Positions 17,173 through 25,408 of a stretch of 25,408 bases of DNA are shown piece by piece. Positions within the stretch are counted from its first letter, which is position 1; every line of letters begins with the position of its first letter. This stretch comes from a virus (Duplodnaviria > Caudoviricetes): IMG/VR virus record IMGVR_UViG_3300032247_001219, positions 1-25,408 of that record; one strand, written 5' to 3'. Both the position numbers and the translations under genes were made by a program. Under the pieces are notes generated by a model. It was given only the letters and a program-made list of their open reading frames with translations. It ran no database searches and was not told the DNA's origin.

Positions 17173-17204
17173 TTTGAAAAATTAAAAAAAATTGATTATA
17201 TTTG
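17173..17204 (+). promoter_or_regulatory. Bacteroidota-type promoter inside the intron, upstream of the GIY-YIG ORF
   Basis: TTTG 17173-17176, 20 nt, TATATTTG 17197-17204; ATG at 17219. Confidence 0.75.
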
Positions 17205-17218
17205 TATAAATAACATAT

Positions 17219-18037
17219 ATGAATATTAATAAAAAATATAATGGTGTAAAAGGAATATATTGTATTCAAAATAATATAAATAATAAAATTTATATTGGAA
17301 GTTCTAAAAATGTATATGGAAGATTAACAGTACATAAATCTTCTCTTAAACATAATAAACATAAAAATTCTTATTTACAAAATTCTGTTAACAAGTATGG
17401 AATTAATAATTTTTCATGTTTTTTATTTACTATATGTAATGAAGAAGAATTGATTATGATTGAAGATATTTATATTGAATATCTAAAACCAAATTATAAT
17501 CATAAAAATGTTTCAGGAACAATAATAAGTGAAAAATTAAGAAAAAAAATTAGTAACACGTTAAAACAACATTATATAAAAGGAATGCCTGTTCAAGGAA
17601 GTAAAAAAGTATTAGTATATGATAGAAAAACTGGAATAAAAGTTAATGAATTTAGTTCAATTAAAAAAACTTCTATTGAATTAAAAATTAATGAAAGTTC
17701 TATCAGAAAAGTATTATTGGGAAATAGAGATTTTAGTACTATTTATATATTCAGATATGAAAATGATAATAGAGATGTAATTCCTATTATTTTAAATGAG
17801 TCTACAAAAAGTAGAAGATTTAAAAAAATTAAAATAAAAGAATATAAAAATAAAAAACCTATTATAATCAATAATATAAATACTAATGAAAAATACATTT
17901 TTGAATCTTATATCAAAGCTTCTATTTTTTTTGGATTTAAAAATCCATCAAAATTTTCAGAAGCAATAAAAAGATACAATAAAACAGGAAAACCTTGGAG
18001 AAATCAATTTATTTTTAATACCCGATGCCTGGTATAA
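17219..18037 (+). CDS. Intron-encoded GIY-YIG homing endonuclease with NUMOD1-like repeats
   Basis: GIYCIQNNINNKIYIGSS, R...H, E...YN; C-terminal EFSSIKKTS and FESYIKAS repeats. Confidence 0.93.
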   Translation: MNINKKYNGVKGIYCIQNNINNKIYIGSSKNVYGRLTVHKSSLKHNKHKNSYLQNSVNKYGINNFSCFLFTICNEEELIMIEDIYIEYLKPNYNHKNVSGTIISEKLRKKISNTLKQHYIKGMPVQGSKKVLVYDRKTGIKVNEFSSIKKTSIELKINESSIRKVLLGNRDFSTIYIFRYENDNRDVIPIILNESTKSRRFKKIKIKEYKNKKPIIINNINTNEKYIFESYIKASIFFGFKNPSKFSEAIKRYNKTGKPWRNQFIFNTRCLV

Positions 18038-18273
18038 ATTCTGTAAATTGCTGGAAAATCTAGAGATAGACAATCAGCAGCCAAGCTAATTAGAAATAAT
18101 TAGAAGGTTCAACGACTAGTACATGGAGTCTCAGCAAGTTATGTTGGAGATAGTAAAGTACCACGAAAACAGAACAATAAAATTTATTTTATTGAAGATA
18201 TAGTCTGAACTGTAGATATAATCTAATAAAAACTACAGAACTAAAAGATAAAGAGCTTTTAGGATAACAAATG

Positions 18274-19068
18274 ACGGGTAAAACAAGTGTTGTATCTCAG
18301 ATTACTAATCAAGCTCATATGAATAATCCTGGGCAGGATTTTGCAGTGCTTAATTTTCAATTTGAGATGGGAGATAGAGTGATTGGTGCTAGAGAGCTTA
18401 CTAAGCCACTTAACATGGATATAAAGAAGATTTTTAGTGCACATCCCACTGATAAATTAACTAATAGTGATTTACAGGAGATTGAAAATTTTCACACTGA
18501 TAAAAAATCTGATGAAATATACTATGTCACTGATGCATTAAATGCAAAAGACTTCACAAAAGAAGTTTTAAAGTTTTATAGTATAGTTCAAAAGCCAATT
18601 ATTATTACTATTGACCATTCTGTATTAGTTAAAAAAGGTGCAGATGAATTAAATCAAATGGAAGCACTTTATAATCTTTCAAATGAAATGGTTTATTTAA
18701 AGAAAAAAATACCTGATAGCATGTACATAGTATTATCACAAATGAATAGATCTATTGAAGATCATACTAGAAGAGTGAATGGTAATATAGCAAATTATCC
18801 CACCTCTAATGATTTATTTGCTGCTGATGCTTTGATGCAAAATGCAGATGTCGTTATACTTTTAAATAGTCCAGATAAGATGGGAATTACAGAGTATGGT
18901 CCAGAAAAAATTAAAGTGGAAAATGGTATGATTGTATTTCATCTTATAAAAAATAGATTTGGAGATTTATGTATGTTATTCTTTAAACAAGATTTAAAAT
19001 ATTTTGAAGTACAAGAAGGTCCAACACCACAAACAAATAAAGTTCATATTAAAAAATTCACACCATAA
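18274..19068 (+). CDS. dnaB: DnaB-like replicative helicase, exon 2
   Basis: TGKT, FQFEM, ITIDH, LSQMNR, QNADVV, IKNRFG motifs. Confidence 0.92.
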   Translation, partial: TGKTSVVSQITNQAHMNNPGQDFAVLNFQFEMGDRVIGARELTKPLNMDIKKIFSAHPTDKLTNSDLQEIENFHTDKKSDEIYYVTDALNAKDFTKEVLKFYSIVQKPIIITIDHSVLVKKGADELNQMEALYNLSNEMVYLKKKIPDSMYIVLSQMNRSIEDHTRRVNGNIANYPTSNDLFAADALMQNADVVILLNSPDKMGITEYGPEKIKVENGMIVFHLIKNRFGDLCMLFFKQDLKYFEVQEGPTPQTNKVHIKKFTP

Positions 19069-19709
19069 TGATAAAATTAAATACAAGAAGTCTAGGTACA
19101 CCAAAAGTAAAAACTACTGACAGAACAAAGATTGTTAAAGAGATGTTATCATATCATGAACCTGCTTTTTGCATGTTAAATGAAGATAATCCATTGTTTT
19201 ATCCAAAATGTCCATTTATATGGAATGATGAGGAAACTATTTCATTAATGAAAGCTGAACTTATTTCTCCTGTATTCTATACAGAAATAGTAAATGCAGA
19301 TTACACTATAAAAGATCCTAACAGAACTTTGTATAAATTCCGTGGAAATATCAATTACATTAACGAATATTTTAGTAAAATTGAGAATGGAATTACTGGG
19401 GAATATTCAAGATATTTCGTACCTTTACATGAGTTTGAAAGAGTTGATTTACAATTGCTGTTTCCTGAAGAAAAGCCTCCTGTTATCAACTTTAATCTTC
19501 CAGAACCTCTAAACACTTCTAAATTTACAGAATTTCCTTTATCATTTAAGGAAGATGAAGATGATAGAGATAATGATGAAGATTCACTGATGACAAAGCT
19601 CACCATCCGTGATCATGCTGCAATTCAATGGAAATTACCAGTTTCAAAAAAAGAATGGTTAAATAAATTAATAAAACAAGTAAATAATGGAACTAGAGAA
19701 AACAAGTAG
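19068..19709 (+). CDS. Hypothetical protein
   Basis: 213 aa, TAATG-coupled to dnaB; C-terminal LTIRDHAAIQWKLPVS. Confidence 0.8.
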   Translation: MIKLNTRSLGTPKVKTTDRTKIVKEMLSYHEPAFCMLNEDNPLFYPKCPFIWNDEETISLMKAELISPVFYTEIVNADYTIKDPNRTLYKFRGNINYINEYFSKIENGITGEYSRYFVPLHEFERVDLQLLFPEEKPPVINFNLPEPLNTSKFTEFPLSFKEDEDDRDNDEDSLMTKLTIRDHAAIQWKLPVSKKEWLNKLIKQVNNGTRENK

Positions 19710-19756
19710 TATTTTTATGATGCAATCATTTTATAATATTTAAATATAGTGAAAAG

Positions 19757-19788
19757 TTTGCATAATTAGAATTTATATAGTACTTTTG
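19757..19788 (+). promoter_or_regulatory. Bacteroidota-type promoter for the free-standing endonuclease
   Basis: TTTG 19757-19760, 20 nt, TACTTTTG 19781-19788; ATG only 4 nt later. Confidence 0.75.
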
Positions 19789-19792
19789 ATAT

Positions 19793-20608
19793 ATGAAATT
19801 ATATTATAATTATATTTTATTAAACCCTCTTAAACAAGGAAATTTTAAATACAATGATTTAAGTTTTGAATATGAACCATTTTATGTTGGTAAAGGTTAT
19901 AAAGACCGTGTTTATGAACATTATAAAGGATGGTATTTAAAAATTGATTATAATTTAGATAAAAAAGATTTAATTTTAGAATTTAATAACCAAAATTTAG
20001 AACCTTTATTTTTAATACTAAATGAAAATGAAAATGAAACTTTTGTTTTAAATCAAGAAATTGAACTTATAAAAAAAATAGGAAGAAAAGAATATAATAA
20101 TGGACCTTTATTAAATAAAACTGATGGAGGGGATGGTGTTAAAGGTAATTTAGTATCTAATGATACAAAATTAAAATTATCACTTAATAATAGATGGAAA
20201 AATCAAAAAGGAAAATTACATTTTGCAACTAAACCTGTATATGAATATGATTTATCAGGAAAATTTATAAAAATGTGGGAAAGTGTTACTGAAGCAGAAT
20301 CATTTAGAAATAAACATCCTGGTAATATTAGTACTTGTTGTTTAGGAAAAACTAAAACTGCTTATAATTCACATTGGTCATATGAATATAAAGGATTACA
20401 ATTTTCATTTATAAAACCAGAAAAAAAGAAAAAAGGTAAAGCTATTATAGTATGGAATAATGAAGAAACTTTAAAATTTAAATGTATAAAAGATGCAGTT
20501 AATCATTTTAATTTAAAAAGTAATTCAATATTTCATGATGTACTTGCAGGTAGAAGAAAACAATTTAGAAATTATAAAATAAAATATGATGTCAAAAGAA
20601 ATAATTAA
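19793..20608 (+). CDS. Free-standing GIY-YIG-superfamily homing endonuclease with NUMOD1 domain
   Basis: YNYILL...PFYVGKG...R...E...LLNKTDGGDG; KPVYEYDLSGKFIKMWESVTEA...CCLGKTKTAY. Confidence 0.85.
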   Translation: MKLYYNYILLNPLKQGNFKYNDLSFEYEPFYVGKGYKDRVYEHYKGWYLKIDYNLDKKDLILEFNNQNLEPLFLILNENENETFVLNQEIELIKKIGRKEYNNGPLLNKTDGGDGVKGNLVSNDTKLKLSLNNRWKNQKGKLHFATKPVYEYDLSGKFIKMWESVTEAESFRNKHPGNISTCCLGKTKTAYNSHWSYEYKGLQFSFIKPEKKKKGKAIIVWNNEETLKFKCIKDAVNHFNLKSNSIFHDVLAGRRKQFRNYKIKYDVKRNN

Positions 20609-21215
20609 TACAGATAATACGAATAATATAGAAAAAGTAAAAGAATATTTACAAACTTTAATAAACAGTAAACAAATACCTGTTCATATTAAAACTGTAG
20701 AACAAGCTTTTATGATTAACCAAATGGGTAAAGAATTAGGGTTTCCTACTCTTCAATCTTTTCATTATTTAATTCCCATCCAAGGAAAATTAAGTTTGAG
20801 TGCAAAAGCTGTAGGTGCTTTATTGAGAAAAGGTGGTGTTAAATATATCACTAAAGAAGATGGTGTATATGTATTTGCTGATGGCACAACAGATACAATA
20901 TCACTGAAAAAAGATGGAACAAAACCAATTGATAGAAGAACTACAATTGATTTTTATAGAGATGGTTTAGTGGAATCTTGTTCTTTTACTTGGAGAGATG
21001 CTGAAGGTCAGGGTTTAACAAGTAAAGACAATTGGACACGAATGCCCAAGGAAATGCTTTTTGCTAGATGTTTAGCAAAAGGTGCTAATAGAATTGGTTC
21101 AGATTTATTATTAGGATTGTACACTGCTGAAGAATTAGCAGATACATTTTTAAATGAAAATCAAGTAAAAAGAAATGAAGACTGCACAATAGCAGAAATT
21201 ATAGAAGTAAAATAA
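20586..21215 (+). CDS. RecT/Red-beta-like single-strand annealing protein
   Basis: GKELGFPTLQSF..LIPIQGKLSL...FTWRDAEGQGL..KDNW..MPKEMLFARC...LLGLYTAEEL. Confidence 0.75.
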   Translation: MMSKEIINTDNTNNIEKVKEYLQTLINSKQIPVHIKTVEQAFMINQMGKELGFPTLQSFHYLIPIQGKLSLSAKAVGALLRKGGVKYITKEDGVYVFADGTTDTISLKKDGTKPIDRRTTIDFYRDGLVESCSFTWRDAEGQGLTSKDNWTRMPKEMLFARCLAKGANRIGSDLLLGLYTAEELADTFLNENQVKRNEDCTIAEIIEVK

Positions 21216-21239
21216 ATTAAAAATTAAAAACTAAAAAAC

Positions 21240-21893
21240 ATGGCATTAAGCACAAAAAACATGAAAACTTCAGAAGGTAAACTGAACAAAACCATCAATC
21301 CAGGAAATGTAATTGGTAAAGTTTATGACATTTCATTAAAACCAGGTTACAATCCTGATAGTTATTATCTTGTATTGAATGTTGAAACATCACCAATTGA
21401 TGATTTTGAAGGATTTTATATTGATCCATCAGATGAATCTAAAGGTAGACATTTAGGTCAAGTGGGTAGAGTGAGAACTTCTCAATATGCTTATGAAACA
21501 AAAACACTTCCTAGTGGTGTTGAAGTAAACCGTGATGAAAACATCTTAAAAGTATTAATGACATTAGCTAAAGCTCAAAACACAATTGATGCTCTTAATG
21601 AAATTAATGCTGATACAATTGAAGAATTTGTATTAGAAGCAAAAGATGTAGTTTGTAATAATGTTTATTTAAATTTCTGTATAGCTGGTAAAGAGTATAC
21701 TAATAAAGATAAATACATTGCATATGATTTATATCTTCCAAAATTATCTGGAAAAAAATATGCATTTTCTAATGATGTTGATAGTGTATTGACATTTGAT
21801 GAGAAAATTCATATTCTTCCTGAAAAGAAAAAAGCAGCAGAAGCTTTAGCTGATTTTGAACCAGCACCATCTAACAGTTTTGATATGTTTTAA
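21240..21893 (+). CDS. Probable single-stranded DNA-binding protein
   Basis: Sits between annealing protein and primase; acidic/aromatic tail DFEPAPSNSFDMF; followed by a strong terminator. Confidence 0.55.
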   Translation: MALSTKNMKTSEGKLNKTINPGNVIGKVYDISLKPGYNPDSYYLVLNVETSPIDDFEGFYIDPSDESKGRHLGQVGRVRTSQYAYETKTLPSGVEVNRDENILKVLMTLAKAQNTIDALNEINADTIEEFVLEAKDVVCNNVYLNFCIAGKEYTNKDKYIAYDLYLPKLSGKKYAFSNDVDSVLTFDEKIHILPEKKKAAEALADFEPAPSNSFDMF

Positions 21894-21909
21894 TTGTTAA
21901 TGACATGTG

Positions 21910-21945
21910 AATAAGGGGAAGTGTAATGCTTCCCCTTATTTTTTT
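21910..21945 (+). terminator. Rho-independent terminator
   Basis: aataaggggaag-tgtaatg-cttccccttatt followed by a T run. Confidence 0.9.
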
Positions 21946-21961
21946 GTCTTTATTTTATTTT

Positions 21962-22960
21962 ATGATTAGTATAAAGAATTTAATAATTGATTATAAAGAT
22001 ATTCCTGAAACGTGGATTTTTGAACATTATTGTAAGTTAAACAGAAAATTAATTGGACAAGATGAGAAAATAAAAAGCATGTTTAATAGTAAAGATACTG
22101 TTCCTAGTATGTGTATTTATTTTAATAAATCTATTGGTAAGTATAAATTTAAAGATTTTTCCACTGGTAAAAGTGGTGATGCTATTAATCTTGTTATTTA
22201 TATTTATGAATTGTCTTTTAAAGATGCAGTTAATAAAGTGATAAATGATTATAAGAAATACATTAATCATTATAAAGAATATACTATATCAGAATTCAGA
22301 GAATATACAAAGTTTAAAGTTTGCTCACATAGTGTAAGAGAATGGAATATATTAGATAGAGATTTTTGGGTAAGATATAATGTAGGTACATCTTTACTTA
22401 ATAAGTACAATATTAAGCCATTAGAAAGTTACACTATGGAAAAAGGGTGTGATGATGAAAATATTGAAATACAATCTATAACAATAAGTGGTGATTATAT
22501 TTATGGATATTTTAAAGAAAATGGTGACATGTATAAAATATATCAACCCAAAAATAAAAATAAAAAATTCCTTAAAATTAAATCTTATATACAAGGATCT
22601 GAACAATTAGAAAATCATCATAACTTATTGATAACCAGCAGTTTAAAAGATATTTTATCTATTAAAAGTTTAGGTTTAAAAATAGATTGTATAGCACCTG
22701 ATAGTGAAAACACTATGATTCCTAAAGCAGAAATGCTTAAATATTTAGAATTATATCACGGAAATGTTTCTGTTTTATTTGATAATGATGATCCTGGAAT
22801 AGAAGCTATGAAAAAATATAAAAATATTTATAACATTAATGCATTTGTATTACCACTAAGTAAAGACCCAAGTGATAGTATTAAAGAACATGGTGTTAAG
22901 AAAGTGTTATACACTTTAGTTCCTCTGTTGCAAAGATCATATGAAAGAGTATCTTTGTAG
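21962..22960 (+). CDS. DnaG-type (Toprim) DNA primase
   Basis: PSMCIY...FKDFSTGKSGDAI N-terminus, LFDNDDPG, KDPSD; start moved to 21962 because 21926 lies in the terminator loop. Confidence 0.85.
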   Translation: MISIKNLIIDYKDIPETWIFEHYCKLNRKLIGQDEKIKSMFNSKDTVPSMCIYFNKSIGKYKFKDFSTGKSGDAINLVIYIYELSFKDAVNKVINDYKKYINHYKEYTISEFREYTKFKVCSHSVREWNILDRDFWVRYNVGTSLLNKYNIKPLESYTMEKGCDDENIEIQSITISGDYIYGYFKENGDMYKIYQPKNKNKKFLKIKSYIQGSEQLENHHNLLITSSLKDILSIKSLGLKIDCIAPDSENTMIPKAEMLKYLELYHGNVSVLFDNDDPGIEAMKKYKNIYNINAFVLPLSKDPSDSIKEHGVKKVLYTLVPLLQRSYERVSL

Positions 22961-22962
22961 CT

Positions 22963-23340
22963 ATGGCTAAAGCTAAAAAGGTAACAAAATCAAAAGTTGT
23001 AAAAACAAGAAACTCTGGAACTATGAGTGAAGTACAGTTTTTTCAATGGATAAGACAAATTTTAAGAAAATCTTCTTTATATTGGAAACCAATAGCTCAA
23101 GTAAAAAAAGAAGCTCAAGTTTTATATAACGGACCAAATAAAAAAAGAAAATATTCTTATGTATGTAGTTCTTGTAAAAAAGAATATGCAGCAACTGAAG
23201 TAAATGTACATCATAAAGTAGAATGTGGTAGTTTAAAATCTTTTGATGACTTACCTGGATTTGTAGAACGTCTTTTTTGTGAAAAAGAATTACTATCAGT
23301 GCTCTGTAAAAACTGTCATGATGCAGAACATAAAAAATAA
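22963..23340 (+). CDS. HNH endonuclease
   Basis: CSSC...VNVHH...VLCKNCH. Confidence 0.85.
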   Translation: MAKAKKVTKSKVVKTRNSGTMSEVQFFQWIRQILRKSSLYWKPIAQVKKEAQVLYNGPNKKRKYSYVCSSCKKEYAATEVNVHHKVECGSLKSFDDLPGFVERLFCEKELLSVLCKNCHDAEHKK

Positions 23341-23345
23341 AACTT

Positions 23346-23939
23346 ATGGCATATGTTTATAAACATACTAGACTTGATAAGAATGAAGTCTTTTATATTG
23401 GTATAGGTTCTGATAATAAAAATAAGTTTACTAGAGCTTACTCTAAAAAAAGAAGAAGTAAGTTTTGGAAAGATTTAACTAAGAATATAGATTATGAAGT
23501 AGAAATACTTTATAACAATATTACTTGGGAAGAAGCTTGTCAAAAAGAAAAAGAACTTATACTACAGTATGGAAGAAAAGATTTAAATACAGGTACTCTT
23601 TGCAATTTAACAGATGGAGGAGAGGGAGCTAAAGGATATATATATACTCAAGATAGATTAGATAAATTATCTAATAACTCAAAAGGAAGTAGTAATCCAA
23701 GAGCTAAATCTTGTATACACTTTGATACATCTATGAAGTTTAATTGTTTAAAAGATGGTTGTGAGTATTTTAATCTTAAATACAAATCTCAAGCTAGTTC
23801 TATTAAAAGAAAACAATCTACTGCACAATTTTATTTTGAAAATGAATATTTTGAAAGACCTACTAGAGAGCAAATAAGTAAAAAATTAGGTGTTTTAAGA
23901 ATAGGAAATCAAAATTGGAAAGGTAAAAAAGCTATTTAA
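23346..23939 (+). CDS. Free-standing GIY-YIG-superfamily homing endonuclease
   Basis: YVYKH...FYIGIG...RA...EKELI..YGR...LCNLTDGGEG; same subfamily as 19793..20608. Confidence 0.85.
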   Translation: MAYVYKHTRLDKNEVFYIGIGSDNKNKFTRAYSKKRRSKFWKDLTKNIDYEVEILYNNITWEEACQKEKELILQYGRKDLNTGTLCNLTDGGEGAKGYIYTQDRLDKLSNNSKGSSNPRAKSCIHFDTSMKFNCLKDGCEYFNLKYKSQASSIKRKQSTAQFYFENEYFERPTREQISKKLGVLRIGNQNWKGKKAI

Positions 23940-23980
23940 AACAGCTGGGGGTTATATTTGGAAATATTAAAAACTAAAAT

Positions 23981-24232
23981 ATGATACAAACTTACAGAAA
24001 GAAACCTGTTGTAATAGAAGCAGTAGAACTTAAATTTACAACAAATAGTCAAGATGAAATAATACAATGGTCTAATAGCACTATTGAAAAAGGATTAGAT
24101 GGTGGATTAAGAATACCTACACTTGAAGGTGTAATGATTGCTAACACAGGTGATTATATTATTAAAGGTGTAAATGGAGAATTTTATCCTTGCAAACCTG
24201 ATATATTTATGAAAACTTATAGTTTAGTATAA
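23981..24232 (+). CDS. Conserved phage protein (PGDYG-like)
   Basis: [10 protein letters not shown]...[30 protein letters not shown]. Confidence 0.8.
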   Translation: MIQTYRKKPVVIEAVELKFTTNSQDEIIQWSNSTIEKGLDGGLRIPTLEGVMIANTGDYIIKGVNGEFYPCKPDIFMKTYSLV

Positions 24233-24235
24233 AAG

Positions 24236-24295
24236 GTGCTGTGTACTGAATGTCATAATATTAAAACACAAAATGAAAGAAAAAATAAAAGATAA
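24236..24295 (+). pseudogene. Displaced C-terminus of the HNH gene (VLCTECHNIKTQNERKNKR*)
   Basis: 18/24 nt identity with 23299-23322 (VLCKNCHD); no start codon. Confidence 0.65.
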
Positions 24296-24455
24296 AAAAG
24301 ACCTTATAGATGCAGTGTATGATCAAATCATGCATGATATAAAAATTGGATATGGAGAAGCTATAGAAGAATTAATTACATTCTTACCTGTAGTAAACCT
24401 TATTGAATATCTTCCAGAAGAAAGATGGGAAGAATTTAAACATTTAAGAAAATAA
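24273..24455 (+). CDS. Hypothetical protein
   Basis: 60-aa ORF. Confidence 0.7.
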   Translation: MKEKIKDKKDLIDAVYDQIMHDIKIGYGEAIEELITFLPVVNLIEYLPEERWEEFKHLRK

Positions 24456-24482
24456 TTACAAACAATTAAAAATTAATTAATT

Positions 24483-24848
24483 ATGGGGAGATATTTTGTA
24501 GGAGATATAGAAGGTAAATTTTGGTTTGCTTTACAATCAAGTGATGCTGCATCTAGATTTGCAGAAGGTGCTGAACAAGAAATAGCATATATACCTTATT
24601 ATTTTACTGAAGAAGATCACTTAGAAGAAATTCAAGCAGAATTAAAAAATATAGAAGATAAGTTAGGAGATAATCTTAAAAAAATTGATGATTTCTTTGA
24701 AAAAGTTGATGGATATAATGATGATATACTCAAAGAAAATGATATCAGTAGAGAACATCTTAGTGATTATGCTGATTATAAATTAGGTAAACAAATAGAA
24801 GAATGTGTCATTAGAACAGGAGAATGTTCATTTGATGCAGAAATATAA
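24483..24848 (+). CDS. Hypothetical phage protein
   Basis: MGRYFVGDIEGKFWFALQSSD...C.FDAE. Confidence 0.8.
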   Translation: MGRYFVGDIEGKFWFALQSSDAASRFAEGAEQEIAYIPYYFTEEDHLEEIQAELKNIEDKLGDNLKKIDDFFEKVDGYNDDILKENDISREHLSDYADYKLGKQIEECVIRTGECSFDAEI

Positions 24849-24851
24849 AAT

Positions 24852-25058
24852 ATGGCACAATTACACGAAACATTAATGGGTAAGAAACTCATTACACATG
24901 ATATACCAGAATTAATTAGAAATATTGAAAATCTAGGTAGATCATTAGAAAAGATTAATGATATATTAGATGATATGCATTTATTATTTTTAGAATTAAA
25001 AGAAAAAGAAAATGGAAGAAGTACAAGAGATGGCAAGTCTGATATCAATACTCAGTAA
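24852..25058 (+). CDS. Hypothetical protein
   Basis: 68-aa ORF, MAQLHETLMGKKL. Confidence 0.7.
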   Translation: MAQLHETLMGKKLITHDIPELIRNIENLGRSLEKINDILDDMHLLFLELKEKENGRSTRDGKSDINTQ

Positions 25059-25170
25059 TACTTTAAAAGTATATAGTGATTTTGTTGAAAGACTTGAATC
25101 CACCACAACAGATAAAGAAACAGCTGAAAAAATTAGAAAATTTTTAAAAGAACAAAAAGTATGGAATTAA
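25012..25170 (+). CDS. Hypothetical protein (52 aa), below the ORF-track cutoff
   Basis: MEEVQEMASLISILSNTLKVY...EQKVWN*; fills the gap before the next gene. Confidence 0.6.
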   Translation: MEEVQEMASLISILSNTLKVYSDFVERLESTTTDKETAEKIRKFLKEQKVWN

Positions 25171-25408
25171 TGGAAGAAGATTTAATGCAAGAATCAATCA
25201 CGGCTGCTGAGAATGAATTTTATAATAAAGATTTTAAATTCTCTTATAGTAGTTTAAGTAAATTGTTATGGAATCCCATAGCATTTTATCAGATATATGT
25301 TATGGGTATTAGAGAGGAAACCACCACTCCTTCTCTTACTAATGGTAAAGTGATACATGCTTTGTTGTTAAGTGAAAACTTATTTAATGAGCAGTTTATT
25401 ATTAGTCC
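25161..25408 (+). CDS. PD-(D/E)XK exonuclease (RecE/exoVIII-like), truncated by the window edge
   Basis: FSYSSLSKLL.NP..FY...SL..GKVIHALLL N-terminal signature; catalytic part is outside the window. Confidence 0.7.
   Translation, partial: MELMEEDLMQESITAAENEFYNKDFKFSYSSLSKLLWNPIAFYQIYVMGIREETTTPSLTNGKVIHALLLSENLFNEQFIIS

Larger units (their letters stand above)
17169..18273 (+). mobile_element. Group I intron (1105 nt) in dnaB
   Basis: Exon ends in T, intron ends in G. P aaattgctggaaa about 18045-18057, Q aatcagcagc 18072-18081, R ttcaacgacta 18108-18118, S aagatatagtct 18195-18206; P3 ttctgt/acagaa. Confidence 0.95.

Noticed and set aside
18271-19068. ORF-track 265-aa protein starting MTGKT
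   Set aside because: The G of this ATG is the intron's terminal G; Walker A is complete only after splicing.
19710-20608. Third group I intron around this endonuclease (also considered for 23346..23939)
   Set aside because: No P/Q/R/S elements and no non-coding room for a ribozyme core.
3766-25048. Shadow ORFs (3766-3951, 9003-9320, 9383-9724, 9806-9994, 11035-11253, 11336-11551, 12926-13129, 14861-15130, 17045-17269, 18259-18444, 19355-19606, 22049-22270, 22421-22606, 24776-25048)
   Set aside because: They overlap better-supported genes or the intron core on another strand or frame and show no recognisable motifs.
1-25408. DGR template repeat, reverse transcriptase, CRISPR array, tRNA or rRNA
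   Set aside because: None seen by eye. The 4459-4506 copy has fewer adenines than the 2246 copy at variable sites, so it is not the template.
1-25408. Stop-codon reassignment
   Set aside because: Genes are full length in the standard code; TAA, TAG and TGA all end genes at sensible boundaries, and the split genes are explained by introns.

Overview
AT-rich, densely coding segment of a dsDNA bacteriophage. The host is probably Bacteroidota: there are three textbook TTTG-N20-TAnnTTTG promoters and A-rich, Shine-Dalgarno-less starts. Left to right: (1) a mosaic run of small accessory ORFs (1-4800), including a DUF1566/CLec gene whose 3' end looks like a diversity-generating retroelement (DGR) variable repeat, plus an orphan second copy of that repeat's tail; (2) SF2 helicase, NinB-like protein and uracil-DNA glycosylase; (3) a MoxR AAA+ ATPase/vWA pair whose vWA gene is split inside the MIDAS motif by a group I intron carrying a LAGLIDADG endonuclease; (4) a minus-strand lysis block (holin, u-spanin candidate, M15 endolysin); (5) a replication/recombination module with a DnaA-domain-IV protein, a DnaB split in Walker A by a second group I intron (GIY-YIG), RecT-like annealing protein, SSB, primase, HNH nuclease, two free-standing GIY-YIG endonucleases with displaced gene fragments beside them, and a truncated PD-(D/E)XK nuclease. 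In both introns the endonuclease ORF appears to sit in the P1 loop. All family calls come from motif recognition by eye; no searches were run.
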